Part shown: positions 11,339-20,711 of the stretch, one piece after another | Numbering within the stretch: position 1 is the first letter of the stretch | Layout of the letters: each line of letters starts with the position of its first letter | Source of the DNA: Bdellovibrionota bacterium | Lineage (GTDB): Bacteria > Bdellovibrionota_C > UBA2361 > CALJRW01 | Direction: 5' to 3' | Assembly (NCBI GenBank): GCA_041740355.1 | Contig: JBGSMD010000010.1 | Span: forward strand, 1-42,629 | Length of the DNA: 42,629 bases | Position numbers and translations under genes: made by a program | The notes under the pieces: model-generated | Databases searched by the model: none | Seen by the model: only the letters and a program-made list of their open reading frames with translations | Told to the model about the DNA's origin: nothing

Positions 11339-11524
11339 TGATTCCAAAAAAATTACCTTAGTAAATTGAACAGAGTCATTTCGGCTAATGCAAATCTCGG
11401 ATTCCTGTCTCACCAAAGCAAATGCTACGGCTGATATCCAAGTTTGCATAGCTAAAAACAACATAATTAGTGACTACAAGCAAAACCCGTAGTCTTTTAA
11501 CGTAATTTTTTTGGACTCACTATA
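11339..11524. mobile_element. MITE-like dispersed repeat, copy 3 (longest), with a divergent 31-nt insert (11404-11434)
   Basis: 11358-11524 aligns with 1-138. Bounded by a perfect 14-bp inverted repeat TCCAAAAAAATTAC (11343-11356) / GTAATTTTTTTGGA (11502-11515). Ends in CACTATA. Confidence 0.75.
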
Positions 11525-11601
11525 ACTTTGGAAGTAATCTACTGATTATAAATTATTGTTGATTACTGAGAAAACAAATAATCTAAAAACTAATAGGCAA
11601 A

Positions 11602-11627
11602 CCTTCGATAAAGCTTCGGCGGACAAG
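11602..11627 (+). repeat. REP-like hairpin repeat
   Basis: CCTTCGATAAAGCTTCGGCGGACAAG. Confidence 0.8.
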
Positions 11628-11799
11628 GAGTGTACTTACAAAGCCCATAGGTCTATTCTTAATGAGTATTTATGTACTTTAAGGAGTCAGATTTTTTATG
11701 TATATGATTTAGGTAGATTGGTTTAAGAGGTATTAAAATTGTCAAGGAGTGCTATCATTTAAACTTAACCATGATTTATTAGTCCTTTAGTAGCTTTTT

Positions 11800-13473
11800 T
11801 TGATGAGTAATACCTTTACATACATATGTTCTTTAGCTCCACAACTTTTTAGTCAGGATAATCAAGTACTAGATAATCTCTGTGAAGTTAATAAGTACTT
11901 AAACTGGAAGTCTTCGACACTTAGCTTCTCTTCCAAAACCGAATTAAGTAGTATAAAGGAGTTTTTGAACAAAAAGGAAGTACCATTTAAAAATATCCCC
12001 GAAGGGATTGCTCTTAATTACAAAGGAACGGATCTAAAGGTTCTAATTTTAAATACTCCTTGCTTGCCAAATGAGAACGATTCTTCAAATATTATTAATT
12101 TAATTATTAAGCACTCCTCAGGTATTAATCATACGGTTTTTATCTCCGAGAAAAATGATTGGATTGTAGCTAATGTTATTAAAAGTTTGGCTCCCCATAA
12201 ACTACTTTTAATTGAAAAGTCTCAACCAGAAAGAGCTAATTGTCCCGAGCCTACCGCCCTCTTGTTAATACCAGAGTATAAAATTGCAACAATCGAATTG
12301 CCGAGTAATGATTTTCACAGTAAGCCTGCAGAATTAAATAATTTAAAATTATTAATTGAAAAACTTTCTAAGAATCGTCATCAAATTCCTAAGCAAAAGC
12401 AAAACTTACCTGGAGAAATTTGGGGAATTACTACGTTCTTTAATCCAGCGAAATATAAAAATAAACAAAAAAACTATCAGATTTTTCGAAAGTCAGTAAA
12501 GAGACAAGGCCTTAATCTCTTAACTATAGAATTAATATTTGATGGAAATAAATTTGAGATAAACAAAGAAGATGCTGAAATTCTAGTTCAAATTAAGGGT
12601 TCTTCCTCTAGTATAATGTGGCAGAAGGAACGATTACTTAACCTAGCCTTAGCGTACTTACCAACAAATTGCGACAAAATTGTTTGGTTAGATTGTGACC
12701 TAATTTTTACTAAGGAAAACTGGGTTACGGAGACAGCAAAAAAATTGGAAAACTATCCATTAATCCAACCTTATGCTTGGTCCGTTAGATTAAAAAAAGA
12801 AGATCATCCCACGCGTCCGAAAGGGAAACTACTCAGAGGTAACCAAGAAAGAGCATCATTTCATAGCATTGCCTATGGAGTAGCAAAATATGGACGCGGC
12901 GTTTTACATCAAAGATACCATGAATTTGGAAACCCGGGATATGCTTGGGCGGGACGTAGAGAATTTATTACAAGAATTGGTTTTTTTGATCGTGCGATTC
13001 TGGGCTCTGCTGATTATTTAATGGCTTTAGGATTCTTCGGAGTAGAACGCTCCGTGGACTCGAAGAATCATTCTAGTTCAATTATAGAAGCTTGGAAACT
13101 TTGGAGAGGACAAATTAAAAAATCGGAAATAGGCAAAGTTGGTTATTGCCCAGGAACTGTTTTACATCTCTGGCATGGAGATATTATTGATCGTAAATAT
13201 GAGGAGCGTAACTCTATCCTCAATTCGGCAAAATTTGAATTTGTAAAAGATTTAGATATTGATAGCTCAGGATTGTGGTGCTGGAAAAATAATAATACAA
13301 AACTAAAAAAAAATATTGAAAACTATTTTAAGTTTCGACGTGAAGATTCTAGCTCTAAATGGATTTTCATAAGCAGATTTAGATCAAAATGTAGTTACTT
13401 TTTATCTAGCAAGAAAGAAAGCTTTTTGTTTCGATTTGTATTCAAGTTTTTCAATAATAATAATTTTAAGTAA
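11800..13473 (+). CDS. Putative GT-A-fold glycosyltransferase-like protein with unknown N-terminal domain
   Basis: C-terminal part has WQKERLLNLA, a DxD motif (WLDCD), PGYAWA, ILGSAD and HLWHG. The start codon is uncertain (TTG 11800 or ATG 11803). Confidence 0.6.
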   Translation: MMSNTFTYICSLAPQLFSQDNQVLDNLCEVNKYLNWKSSTLSFSSKTELSSIKEFLNKKEVPFKNIPEGIALNYKGTDLKVLILNTPCLPNENDSSNIINLIIKHSSGINHTVFISEKNDWIVANVIKSLAPHKLLLIEKSQPERANCPEPTALLLIPEYKIATIELPSNDFHSKPAELNNLKLLIEKLSKNRHQIPKQKQNLPGEIWGITTFFNPAKYKNKQKNYQIFRKSVKRQGLNLLTIELIFDGNKFEINKEDAEILVQIKGSSSSIMWQKERLLNLALAYLPTNCDKIVWLDCDLIFTKENWVTETAKKLENYPLIQPYAWSVRLKKEDHPTRPKGKLLRGNQERASFHSIAYGVAKYGRGVLHQRYHEFGNPGYAWAGRREFITRIGFFDRAILGSADYLMALGFFGVERSVDSKNHSSSIIEAWKLWRGQIKKSEIGKVGYCPGTVLHLWHGDIIDRKYEERNSILNSAKFEFVKDLDIDSSGLWCWKNNNTKLKKNIENYFKFRREDSSSKWIFISRFRSKCSYFLSSKKESFLFRFVFKFFNNNNFK

Positions 13474-13688
13474 CACATTAACAGTTATATTTACAAAATA
13501 CTTATCTTCTCTTTTTTGCTCAAGTCTAAGTTTATTCTTTTCTCTACCGACATAACTTTATGTCTACTTGTTAGCTCTTCTCTGAAAATTATGAAGCAGA
13601 CAGAAAGTACTTAGCCACCTTCTACGGTACTTGTGAAAAATCCAATAAAACTATAAATTTTCTATTAGTAATAACTACTTAAACAACT

Positions 13689-14918
13689 ATGAATAAAATT
13701 AAAGTAACAACTCCACTCGTTGATTTGTCTGGTGATGAAATGACCCAAATCATTTGGGATCTGATTAAGTCTAAACTAATTTTACCTTATATCGACTGTG
13801 ATTTAAAAACCTACGATCTTAGTATTCAAAATCGCAATCTTACCGAAGATCGAGTCACCGTTGAGGCAGCCGAGGCGATCAAGCAATATGGAGTGGGAAT
13901 TAAGTGCGCCACAATCACTCCTGATGAAGCTCGAGTGAAGGAATTTAATCTTAAAAAAATGTGGAAGTCACCAAATGGCACGTTAAGAAACATCATTGGA
14001 GGAACAGTTTTTCGTGAGCCAATCGTTTGTAATAATGTTCCCCGTTTAGTACCCGGTTGGTTAAAACCGATTGTTATCGGGCGACACGCTTTTGGAGATC
14101 AATACAAAGCAACTGATTTTGTTGTTCCTGGCAAGGGAAAACTTAGCATTAAATTTGTTCCTGAGAATGGTGAAAGTGTGATTGAACATACCGTGTATGA
14201 TTTTGAAGGGGAAGGAATTGCCTTAGGAATGTTTAATACCAAAGAATCAATTGTTTCTTTTGCCCACTCCTGTTTTAATTATGCGCTAGATTTAAAGGTC
14301 CCACTTTACTTATCAACAAAAAATACAATCCTTAAAGCTTATGATGGAATGTTTAAAGATACTTTCCAAGAGATGTATGATCAAAATTACAAAGCAAAAT
14401 TTGAAGCCTTGGGGCTTTGGTATGAGCATCGCCTAATTGATGACTTAGTTGCCTTTGCACTTAAGAGCGCAGGTGGTTTCATGTGGGCTTGCAAAAACTA
14501 TGATGGAGATGTGCAGTCCGACATTGTGGCGCAAGGTTTTGGATCTCTGGGATTGATGACTTCAATTCTGATTACTGAAGATGGCAAAACCGTAGAGACC
14601 GAAGCGGCGCATGGCACCGTTACTCGACATTATCGCCAGCACTTACAAGGTAAAGAAACGTCGACAAATCCGATTGCTTCGATCTTTGCCTGGTCTAAAG
14701 GTTTGTCTTATCGCGCTAAGTTCGACTCTAATCCAGAACTACAAAAGTTTTCTGAAGCTTTAGAGCAAGCTTGTATTGAAACTGTGGAATCAGGAAAAAT
14801 GACTAAAGATCTGGCGATTTGTGTTCATGGGAATGATGCTGGACGGGATACTTATTTGAATACCGTAGATTTTATTAAGGCAATTGAGCAACAATTAGTC
14901 AAAAAACTTTCTTTGTAG
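13689..14918 (+). CDS. icd: NADP-dependent isocitrate dehydrogenase (type II, eukaryote-like)
   Basis: [66 protein letters not shown]. Confidence 0.98.
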   Translation: MNKIKVTTPLVDLSGDEMTQIIWDLIKSKLILPYIDCDLKTYDLSIQNRNLTEDRVTVEAAEAIKQYGVGIKCATITPDEARVKEFNLKKMWKSPNGTLRNIIGGTVFREPIVCNNVPRLVPGWLKPIVIGRHAFGDQYKATDFVVPGKGKLSIKFVPENGESVIEHTVYDFEGEGIALGMFNTKESIVSFAHSCFNYALDLKVPLYLSTKNTILKAYDGMFKDTFQEMYDQNYKAKFEALGLWYEHRLIDDLVAFALKSAGGFMWACKNYDGDVQSDIVAQGFGSLGLMTSILITEDGKTVETEAAHGTVTRHYRQHLQGKETSTNPIASIFAWSKGLSYRAKFDSNPELQKFSEALEQACIETVESGKMTKDLAICVHGNDAGRDTYLNTVDFIKAIEQQLVKKLSL

Positions 14919-14931
14919 CAAGTCCTGCTAG

Positions 14932-15771
14932 TTACTTCGAAATTCTTGTCGCCTCTAGATTGCTGATTAGTAAGGAGTCGATTAGCGACGTTGGCTCAGC
15001 GCCGGCAATCCAAGCTGATGGAATTCCTTGTTCTAGTACACTTAAGCAACTTATTAGTTTAGGAATCATTCCTTCGGAAATTAGATCACTATTAAGTAGC
15101 GCTTGAGCTTCGGCAAGAGAAAACTCTGGTTTAATTTTTCCATTGATTAAAATCCCACCAACTTGAGTAAGCAAGAAAAACTCTTGGCAGTTAAGTTCCT
15201 TGGCCAAAGCAGCAGACAAAAGATCGGCATTAATATTAAAAGATTGTTTTTTACCATCGGCACCAACGCTTCCAATTACTGGAATAATATTATTAGTCAG
15301 AAATAGATTAATTAGTTCATGATTAACCTTTATGACATCTCCCACCAAACCAAGTGCGACATCACTTGTCTGTCTGACCTCAAACAGATTGGCATCATAA
15401 CCTTTTAGTCCAATGGCGGTTGCACCAAGAGAATTTAATTCTTTAACAAGTAAGGGTTGCGCTTGTCCTGCAATTACCATCTCCACTAACTCCAGAGTTT
15501 CTGCATCAGTTTTTCTAAGTCCATTGATAAATTCTGGAACAAGGCCAAGTTTCTTTTGCCAGTCACTAATATTTGGTCCTGCACCATGAACAATAATAGT
15601 TTTAATATTTAGTTGGTTTAAGAAGGCAATTTGACGGCAGATATTATTGATTAGTTGAGGTGAGTTTAAAAGTGCACCACCAAGTTTCACTAAGATAGAT
15701 TTATTTTGATAATCTTTTAACTGTGCTAATTTATTTTGATAACTTGAAAACTCGGGAAATTGATTGAACAT
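14932..15771 (-). CDS. argB: Acetylglutamate kinase
   Basis: VKLGGA, VHGAGP, GLRKTD, LGLVGD, NINAD, GMIPK. Confidence 0.93.
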   Translation of the reverse strand: MFNQFPEFSSYQNKLAQLKDYQNKSILVKLGGALLNSPQLINNICRQIAFLNQLNIKTIIVHGAGPNISDWQKKLGLVPEFINGLRKTDAETLELVEMVIAGQAQPLLVKELNSLGATAIGLKGYDANLFEVRQTSDVALGLVGDVIKVNHELINLFLTNNIIPVIGSVGADGKKQSFNINADLLSAALAKELNCQEFFLLTQVGGILINGKIKPEFSLAEAQALLNSDLISEGMIPKLISCLSVLEQGIPSAWIAGAEPTSLIDSLLISNLEATRISK

Positions 15772-17020
15772 GAAGAAACTTGCAACTAAAGAATTATTTG
15801 ATAACTATATTATCCCAACTTACGCTCGTTTTCCAGTTTCTTTTGTTCGTGGGGAAGGGGCGTATCTTTATGATGAGTTAGATAATTGTTATTTAGATTT
15901 TGCCGCCGGCATTGCTGTTAACTGTTTAGGACACACAAGTCCGATAATAGTAAATGCATTACAGGAGCAAGCAGCTAAGTTTATCCATTGTTCAAATTTA
16001 TATCTAAACCCAAAGCAAGGTGAGCTAGCTGAAATTTTAACCGAACAAGTAGTTAAACGTCCCGGAAGATCTTTTTTCTGTAATAGTGGCGCCGAAGCTA
16101 ACGAAGCCTTAATTAAACTCAGTCGTCGCTATGCTGTGGCGAAACAAATTCAGAATCCTGAAATAATTACTTTTTATAATTCCTTTCATGGTAGAACGAT
16201 GGCGGGAATTAGTGCGACCGGTCAAGAAAAAATTCAAGTTGGCTTTGCTCCCTTACTCTCTGGATTTGAGTATGCCGATTTCAATGATTTAGAGAGTGTT
16301 AAAAATCTAATTAATGGTCGAACTGTGGCAATCTTGTTAGAAGTTATTCAAGGTGAGGGAGGGGTCTCTGTGGCCACCCCAGAATTTCTTTTGGGCTTAC
16401 AAACGCTTTGCCAAGATCATGAAATCTTACTAATGATTGATGAAGTTCAAGCAGGAATTGGGCGCACAGGTAAAATAAATTCTTGGGAAAGTCTTTTTGA
16501 TTCTGCGGATGCGTTCCAACCAGATGCGATTAGCTGGGCTAAAGGTTTAGGAGGAGGTTTTCCAATCGGTGCGATTTGGGTAAAGGATTTATTATTTAAT
16601 AAATTCAAGGTTAGTGAGCTTCTTAATCCGGGAAGTCATGGATCAACATACGGAGGTAATCCTTTAGCCTCTGCTGTAGCGATTGCCGTATTGCGAGAAA
16701 TTAATCAAACCAAGTTTTTAAATCATGTAGAGGCAACTTCTAAGAGTTTTCGCAGTGCAATTATTAATCTAAAGCTCCCTTGGGTTAAATCATTACGCGG
16801 CTTAGGGCTTATGTTGGGAATTGAAGTTGATGAGGATTGGATTAAAAAACAATCTGATTACTCTTTAGATGTCTTACCTAGTATTTATATTGTTCGAAAA
16901 TTATTTGCCGATCGGATGCTAACAGTTGCGGCAGGTGAGAAAGTTGTTCGCTTATTACCACCTTTAAATATTGGACAGGAAGAAACCGAGCTTGCCTTAA
17001 AAAAACTAAGTTTAATATAG
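15770..17020 (+). CDS. argD: Acetylornithine aminotransferase (class III PLP-dependent)
   Basis: TYARFP, YLDFAAGIAVNCLGH, NSGAEANE, SFHGRT, IQGEGG, DEVQAGIGRTG, AKGLGGGFPIGA, HGSTYGGNPLA. The ATG at 15770 is preferred over the TTG at 15764. Confidence 0.92.
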   Translation: MKKLATKELFDNYIIPTYARFPVSFVRGEGAYLYDELDNCYLDFAAGIAVNCLGHTSPIIVNALQEQAAKFIHCSNLYLNPKQGELAEILTEQVVKRPGRSFFCNSGAEANEALIKLSRRYAVAKQIQNPEIITFYNSFHGRTMAGISATGQEKIQVGFAPLLSGFEYADFNDLESVKNLINGRTVAILLEVIQGEGGVSVATPEFLLGLQTLCQDHEILLMIDEVQAGIGRTGKINSWESLFDSADAFQPDAISWAKGLGGGFPIGAIWVKDLLFNKFKVSELLNPGSHGSTYGGNPLASAVAIAVLREINQTKFLNHVEATSKSFRSAIINLKLPWVKSLRGLGLMLGIEVDEDWIKKQSDYSLDVLPSIYIVRKLFADRMLTVAAGEKVVRLLPPLNIGQEETELALKKLSLI

Positions 17021-17024
17021 AAAG

Positions 17025-17080
17025 TCCAAGAGTAAATTACTTTTTGGAGCTTTATATCTCCTTTAGGGATAATAAAATCA
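17025..17080. repeat. Double-hairpin dispersed repeat, copy 1 (second copy at 35194-35262)
   Basis: TCCAAGAGTAAATTACTTTTTGGAGCTTTATATCTCCTTTAGGGATAATAAAATCA aligns with 35194-35262. Confidence 0.7.
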
Positions 17081-17083
17081 TAC

Positions 17084-17230
17084 ATAGTAAACCCAAAAAT
17101 GGATTTCCGATAAATAGATTAACTAAGGCTTTTGCTGACCCTTATATTTTTTACCCTGAAGTAATTTAAGGACCTAAGTTTATAGATAAACCTATGGTTT
17201 AACTCTTTTTTTTAAAGTTGGGTTTACTAT
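17084..17230. mobile_element. 147-bp MITE-like element with perfect 13-bp terminal inverted repeats
   Basis: ATAGTAAACCCAA (17084-17096) / TTGGGTTTACTAT (17218-17230). The termini resemble the ATAGTRAGTCCAA ends of the other MITEs and the IS630 element. Confidence 0.6.
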
Positions 17231-17345
17231 TTGTCTTTTGGCTCCCGCTGGTCGCTTCTATCGTCATGATCTGTTTTATAATTTCCTAACGAAAATTATT
17301 TATTGGGATGACTATAGTTATTAGAATCAATTTTAACTTTAGCTA

Positions 17346-18605
17346 CTAACGCCGCTTAAACCAATGTCTTTTCGAATTAAGATCGGAGATTCCGACACCA
17401 GCTAGGATTACCATTAATGGAAAAATTGGTAAGGCATAGCGCATCGGAGCATCTTCAATAAAGACTAATGACATCGTGGCGGTTAGGGCAATCATTGGTA
17501 GGGCAACAAGGATTTCTTTTTGCCAGGCAAGTTTTTTAATTCCAAACCAAGCAAGTAGTACTATTGGAAAGAGCAGGATTAGGTTTAAAATAGTACGACT
17601 ATTTGATTGCTGGCGAATCCACATTGCTGGAGCTTTTACGAATAACTTTAGATAATTAAGTTTTAAGTTTTGCAGTAAGTGCTCCGTGGCCAAGTGATCA
17701 ATCTTTGCCATATTTTCAAAGTTGGAACGGTCCCGACTATTTAATACTGTTGGGAGTCCTTGGTTTTGGATGTAATTATTAGCAAACTTCGCACTTTCAG
17801 CTTCTAGATTTTTAAAATAAGGTTTTCTCTCTTGAAGTTGTTCAAAATAATACCAACCTTTAAAGTAATGTAATCCAAAACCAGTCGCTGTTGTAACTGA
17901 TGAATATCCAGCAGTTTGATTTCTAAGAGTCCAAGGAAATAGAGTAATTAAAAATCCTGCCAGTAATAAAATAATTACAGGTAAAACTTCTTTTAGTTTT
18001 AGACCAATGATTAATGCTAAGAAACTTGCTAAGGAAAAAGCTAAATAGCTAGCATGAGTCAGGCAAAGAAGTCCATTTACAACCCCAAATAAAAAAACAG
18101 TCAGGATGTTTTTTTCTTGCAGATATTTAATTGCCAGCAGTAGTTGTAATGGCACAAGTATTAATAAAAGATTTTCTGGGATAGAGGATTTTGTAATCCA
18201 GACACTAAATGGCCAAAGTGCAATAATGTAGCCAACCAAAAGTGGTGCACGGGAGGATTTAAAAGTTAACAGCCTAGTAATGTTCATGGCTAACAAGACA
18301 CCAAGGCCGGCTAAGATACTCTGAAAGATTTGAATTAAAGGAACAATTTGATTTGGCTCTTTTGCCAGACTAATTGGAATTGTTAAGAAAAGGGAATAGA
18401 GCGGTGGCCGATGAAAAACATTTGTGCCGTCCGCCAGACTATAGCCTTTACCAGCAAGCAGCTGAGTTGCAATCTCGTAATAATCATCAAATAAGTAAAT
18501 ATTTCCGATCGTAGCAAGCTCTAATAAGTATGTTGGGAATAAATATAAACAGAAAGAAATTCTTAGAGTAATAGATAGCAGTATTATAAATATCCAGTGC
18601 TTCAC
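17346..18605 (-). CDS. ArnT/PMT-like membrane glycosyltransferase (GT-C)
   Basis: DDYYEIA, RPPLYSLFL, PWTLRN and RYALP motifs, with about 10 hydrophobic segments. Confidence 0.7.
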   Translation of the reverse strand: MKHWIFIILLSITLRISFCLYLFPTYLLELATIGNIYLFDDYYEIATQLLAGKGYSLADGTNVFHRPPLYSLFLTIPISLAKEPNQIVPLIQIFQSILAGLGVLLAMNITRLLTFKSSRAPLLVGYIIALWPFSVWITKSSIPENLLLILVPLQLLLAIKYLQEKNILTVFLFGVVNGLLCLTHASYLAFSLASFLALIIGLKLKEVLPVIILLLAGFLITLFPWTLRNQTAGYSSVTTATGFGLHYFKGWYYFEQLQERKPYFKNLEAESAKFANNYIQNQGLPTVLNSRDRSNFENMAKIDHLATEHLLQNLKLNYLKLFVKAPAMWIRQQSNSRTILNLILLFPIVLLAWFGIKKLAWQKEILVALPMIALTATMSLVFIEDAPMRYALPIFPLMVILAGVGISDLNSKRHWFKRR

Positions 18606-18885
18606 AATAATTGAAGAAATTTTAAAAACTAGTAACAGCTTCTCATTTAAAAGCTCTTACTAGCAAGTGCTTTTAGAAACATATCTAGAAAAGTTAATTC
18701 TGAACAAATTCCTAATATAATCAGCTCGAAGGTGGAACGGGTACCTCCTTACAAAAGCATCACTTAACAAGAGAATCAAAAGTGTTGCATAGAATAGAAT
18801 GCTCAAATTTATCTGCTCTAACCCTTGAATCAGCTTTTCAAGTTGCTTTGATTATATACAAGTTGTTTATTTTTTTTGAGGTTTT

Positions 18886-19599
18886 ATGTTGAAAGTATTT
18901 AATAAGCTCCGGATTTTTGCCCTTTATTCTGTTTTTTTCCTTTTCGCACCACTTGGACTAATTGCACAAAATGGAGAAGTACCGACTGTAACTAAGCCAG
19001 ATACTTATCATTCGAAATATTTGCAGATTGGCCACCAATTCTCCGATTCCTTTAATATTACTAGAATTGGAAATACATATTATTTAAGGGATTTTGCCAA
19101 AACATCAAGCACTACTAATCTTCTCAACCAGACAGCCACAATTAAATTAGATTTAGAAGATGGCCCTGGTAATATCGAAATTCAGTATGTTTCTAGTAAG
19201 ACTAATCTAGTAACAGTCTGTGATGGTAAGCTGGATTTTTTAAGTGGGTATGATTATCAGATAAATTATGGCTTTAAAGTCCCAGCGATCTCTTGCATGT
19301 ATTTAGACAGTAAGGGTGAGCCACTGGATAGAAGTACAGCAGCAGAGGGGTTTGAATATGTTCGACTTGAGTTCAAATTTAGTATTACGAAGCCAGCTCC
19401 AAGTTGTAATGCAGAAATTAACCAAATTAAAAGCTTGACCGCTAGTAATTCTAAGCTACAAACTGCTTTAACAGCAGCTAATGATAAGGTTGCCAAAACT
19501 GAAGCTAGTTTGAAAACAGCTAATGCTAGTTTAAAAGCAGCAAATTCTAAGATTGTAGCTCTTGAAAAGGAGATTAAGCGATTAAGAGGTTTGCGTTAA
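18886..19599 (+). CDS. Secreted hypothetical protein with C-terminal coiled coil
   Basis: Basic plus hydrophobic signal peptide, beta-rich middle, and heptad repeats LTASNSK/LQTALTA/ANDKVAK/TEASLKT/ANASLKA/ANSKIVA/LEKEIKR. Confidence 0.75.
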   Translation: MLKVFNKLRIFALYSVFFLFAPLGLIAQNGEVPTVTKPDTYHSKYLQIGHQFSDSFNITRIGNTYYLRDFAKTSSTTNLLNQTATIKLDLEDGPGNIEIQYVSSKTNLVTVCDGKLDFLSGYDYQINYGFKVPAISCMYLDSKGEPLDRSTAAEGFEYVRLEFKFSITKPAPSCNAEINQIKSLTASNSKLQTALTAANDKVAKTEASLKTANASLKAANSKIVALEKEIKRLRGLR

Positions 19600-19623
19600 G
19601 AAGTAAGCTTATTTAATTTGTTT

Positions 19624-19662
19624 AGACGCCCCCAATGCTTAGGTCGTTCGGGGCGTCTTTTT
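19624..19662 (+). terminator. Intrinsic terminator between convergent genes
   Basis: AGACGCCCC...GGGGCGTCT stem followed by a T run. Confidence 0.8.
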
Positions 19663-19664
19663 CT

Positions 19665-20705
19665 CTACACTACTCCTAGCCCTGCTTCTTCCAGTCCAAT
19701 TTGTGATTTTAGTCCAAACATTAAATTCATATTCTGAATTGCTTGTCCTGCCATTCCTTTTACAAGATTATCAATAACTACAGAGATGGCGATTTGATTT
19801 CCCCGAGAAGTTACAAAAATATCTGCAAAGTTACTAGCTACTACATTTCGAATTTCTACTGCTTGGCTTTGTACACGAACAAAGTAGGAATCTTTATAGA
19901 AAGTCTGATAAATTTTTTGGATTTCATGTTCTGTGATTGAAGTTTTAAGCTGAGCATAAATACTTACCATCATTCCCCTAGAAATAGGCAGTAAGTGTGG
20001 AACAAACTGTAATGGTAATAATCTTTTAGTTGAGTGGAGTCCAAGAGCAATTTCAGCTTCATGTCGGTGGCCTAATATTTTATAAGCCATCACATTATTA
20101 TTCATTGTTGGATGGTGAAAATTAGCGCCAAGAGCTCTTCCGCCACCAGAAGTCCCCGACTTGCCATCAATCGCAATGCTGCCAACAAAATCTTTATTTT
20201 TAATGGGTGCAAGTCCAAGAATTGCGGCGGTTGCATAACAACCAGGATTAGCAATAAATTTTGCTTTAGCAATCTTTTTAGCATTTAGTTCAGTTAATCC
20301 ATAAACAAATTCTTTACGGAGAGTTGGGGCAAATTCAGTATCTTCATAAAACTTTTGATGTAATTGCTGGTCTTGGATTCTCAAGTCGCCAGAAAGATCA
20401 ATAATTTTAGCATTAGATTTTTCTTTAATTTCCTTAGCTTTGCTAACACTTACTCCATGCGGTAAGGCTAGAAAGATTATAGAATTTTTATCTAGATTAA
20501 TTTTCTGCCAGTTTAGTTCTTTGGTAAATTTAATTTTAAGATTACTTTGGGGGTGAGACTCCCTTAAGGATTTTCCAGCCATCGACTCGGAAATTACTTG
20601 ATTAATTTTTACTTTAGGATGTAGCGAAAGCAGTCTTAATAATTCTCCGGCACCAAAGCCTGTGCCACCAACAATACTACAAGATATTAAATCATTCTTC
20701 TTCAT
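19665..20705 (-). CDS. argC: N-acetyl-gamma-glutamyl-phosphate reductase
   Basis: GGTGFGAGEL, FLALPHG, IDLSGDLR, YGLTE, IANPGCYAT, SGTSGGG, HRH, IDNLVKGMAGQAIQNMN. Confidence 0.96.
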   Translation of the reverse strand: MKKNDLISCSIVGGTGFGAGELLRLLSLHPKVKINQVISESMAGKSLRESHPQSNLKIKFTKELNWQKINLDKNSIIFLALPHGVSVSKAKEIKEKSNAKIIDLSGDLRIQDQQLHQKFYEDTEFAPTLRKEFVYGLTELNAKKIAKAKFIANPGCYATAAILGLAPIKNKDFVGSIAIDGKSGTSGGGRALGANFHHPTMNNNVMAYKILGHRHEAEIALGLHSTKRLLPLQFVPHLLPISRGMMVSIYAQLKTSITEHEIQKIYQTFYKDSYFVRVQSQAVEIRNVVASNFADIFVTSRGNQIAISVVIDNLVKGMAGQAIQNMNLMFGLKSQIGLEEAGLGVV

Positions 20706-20711
20706 AGCTAC

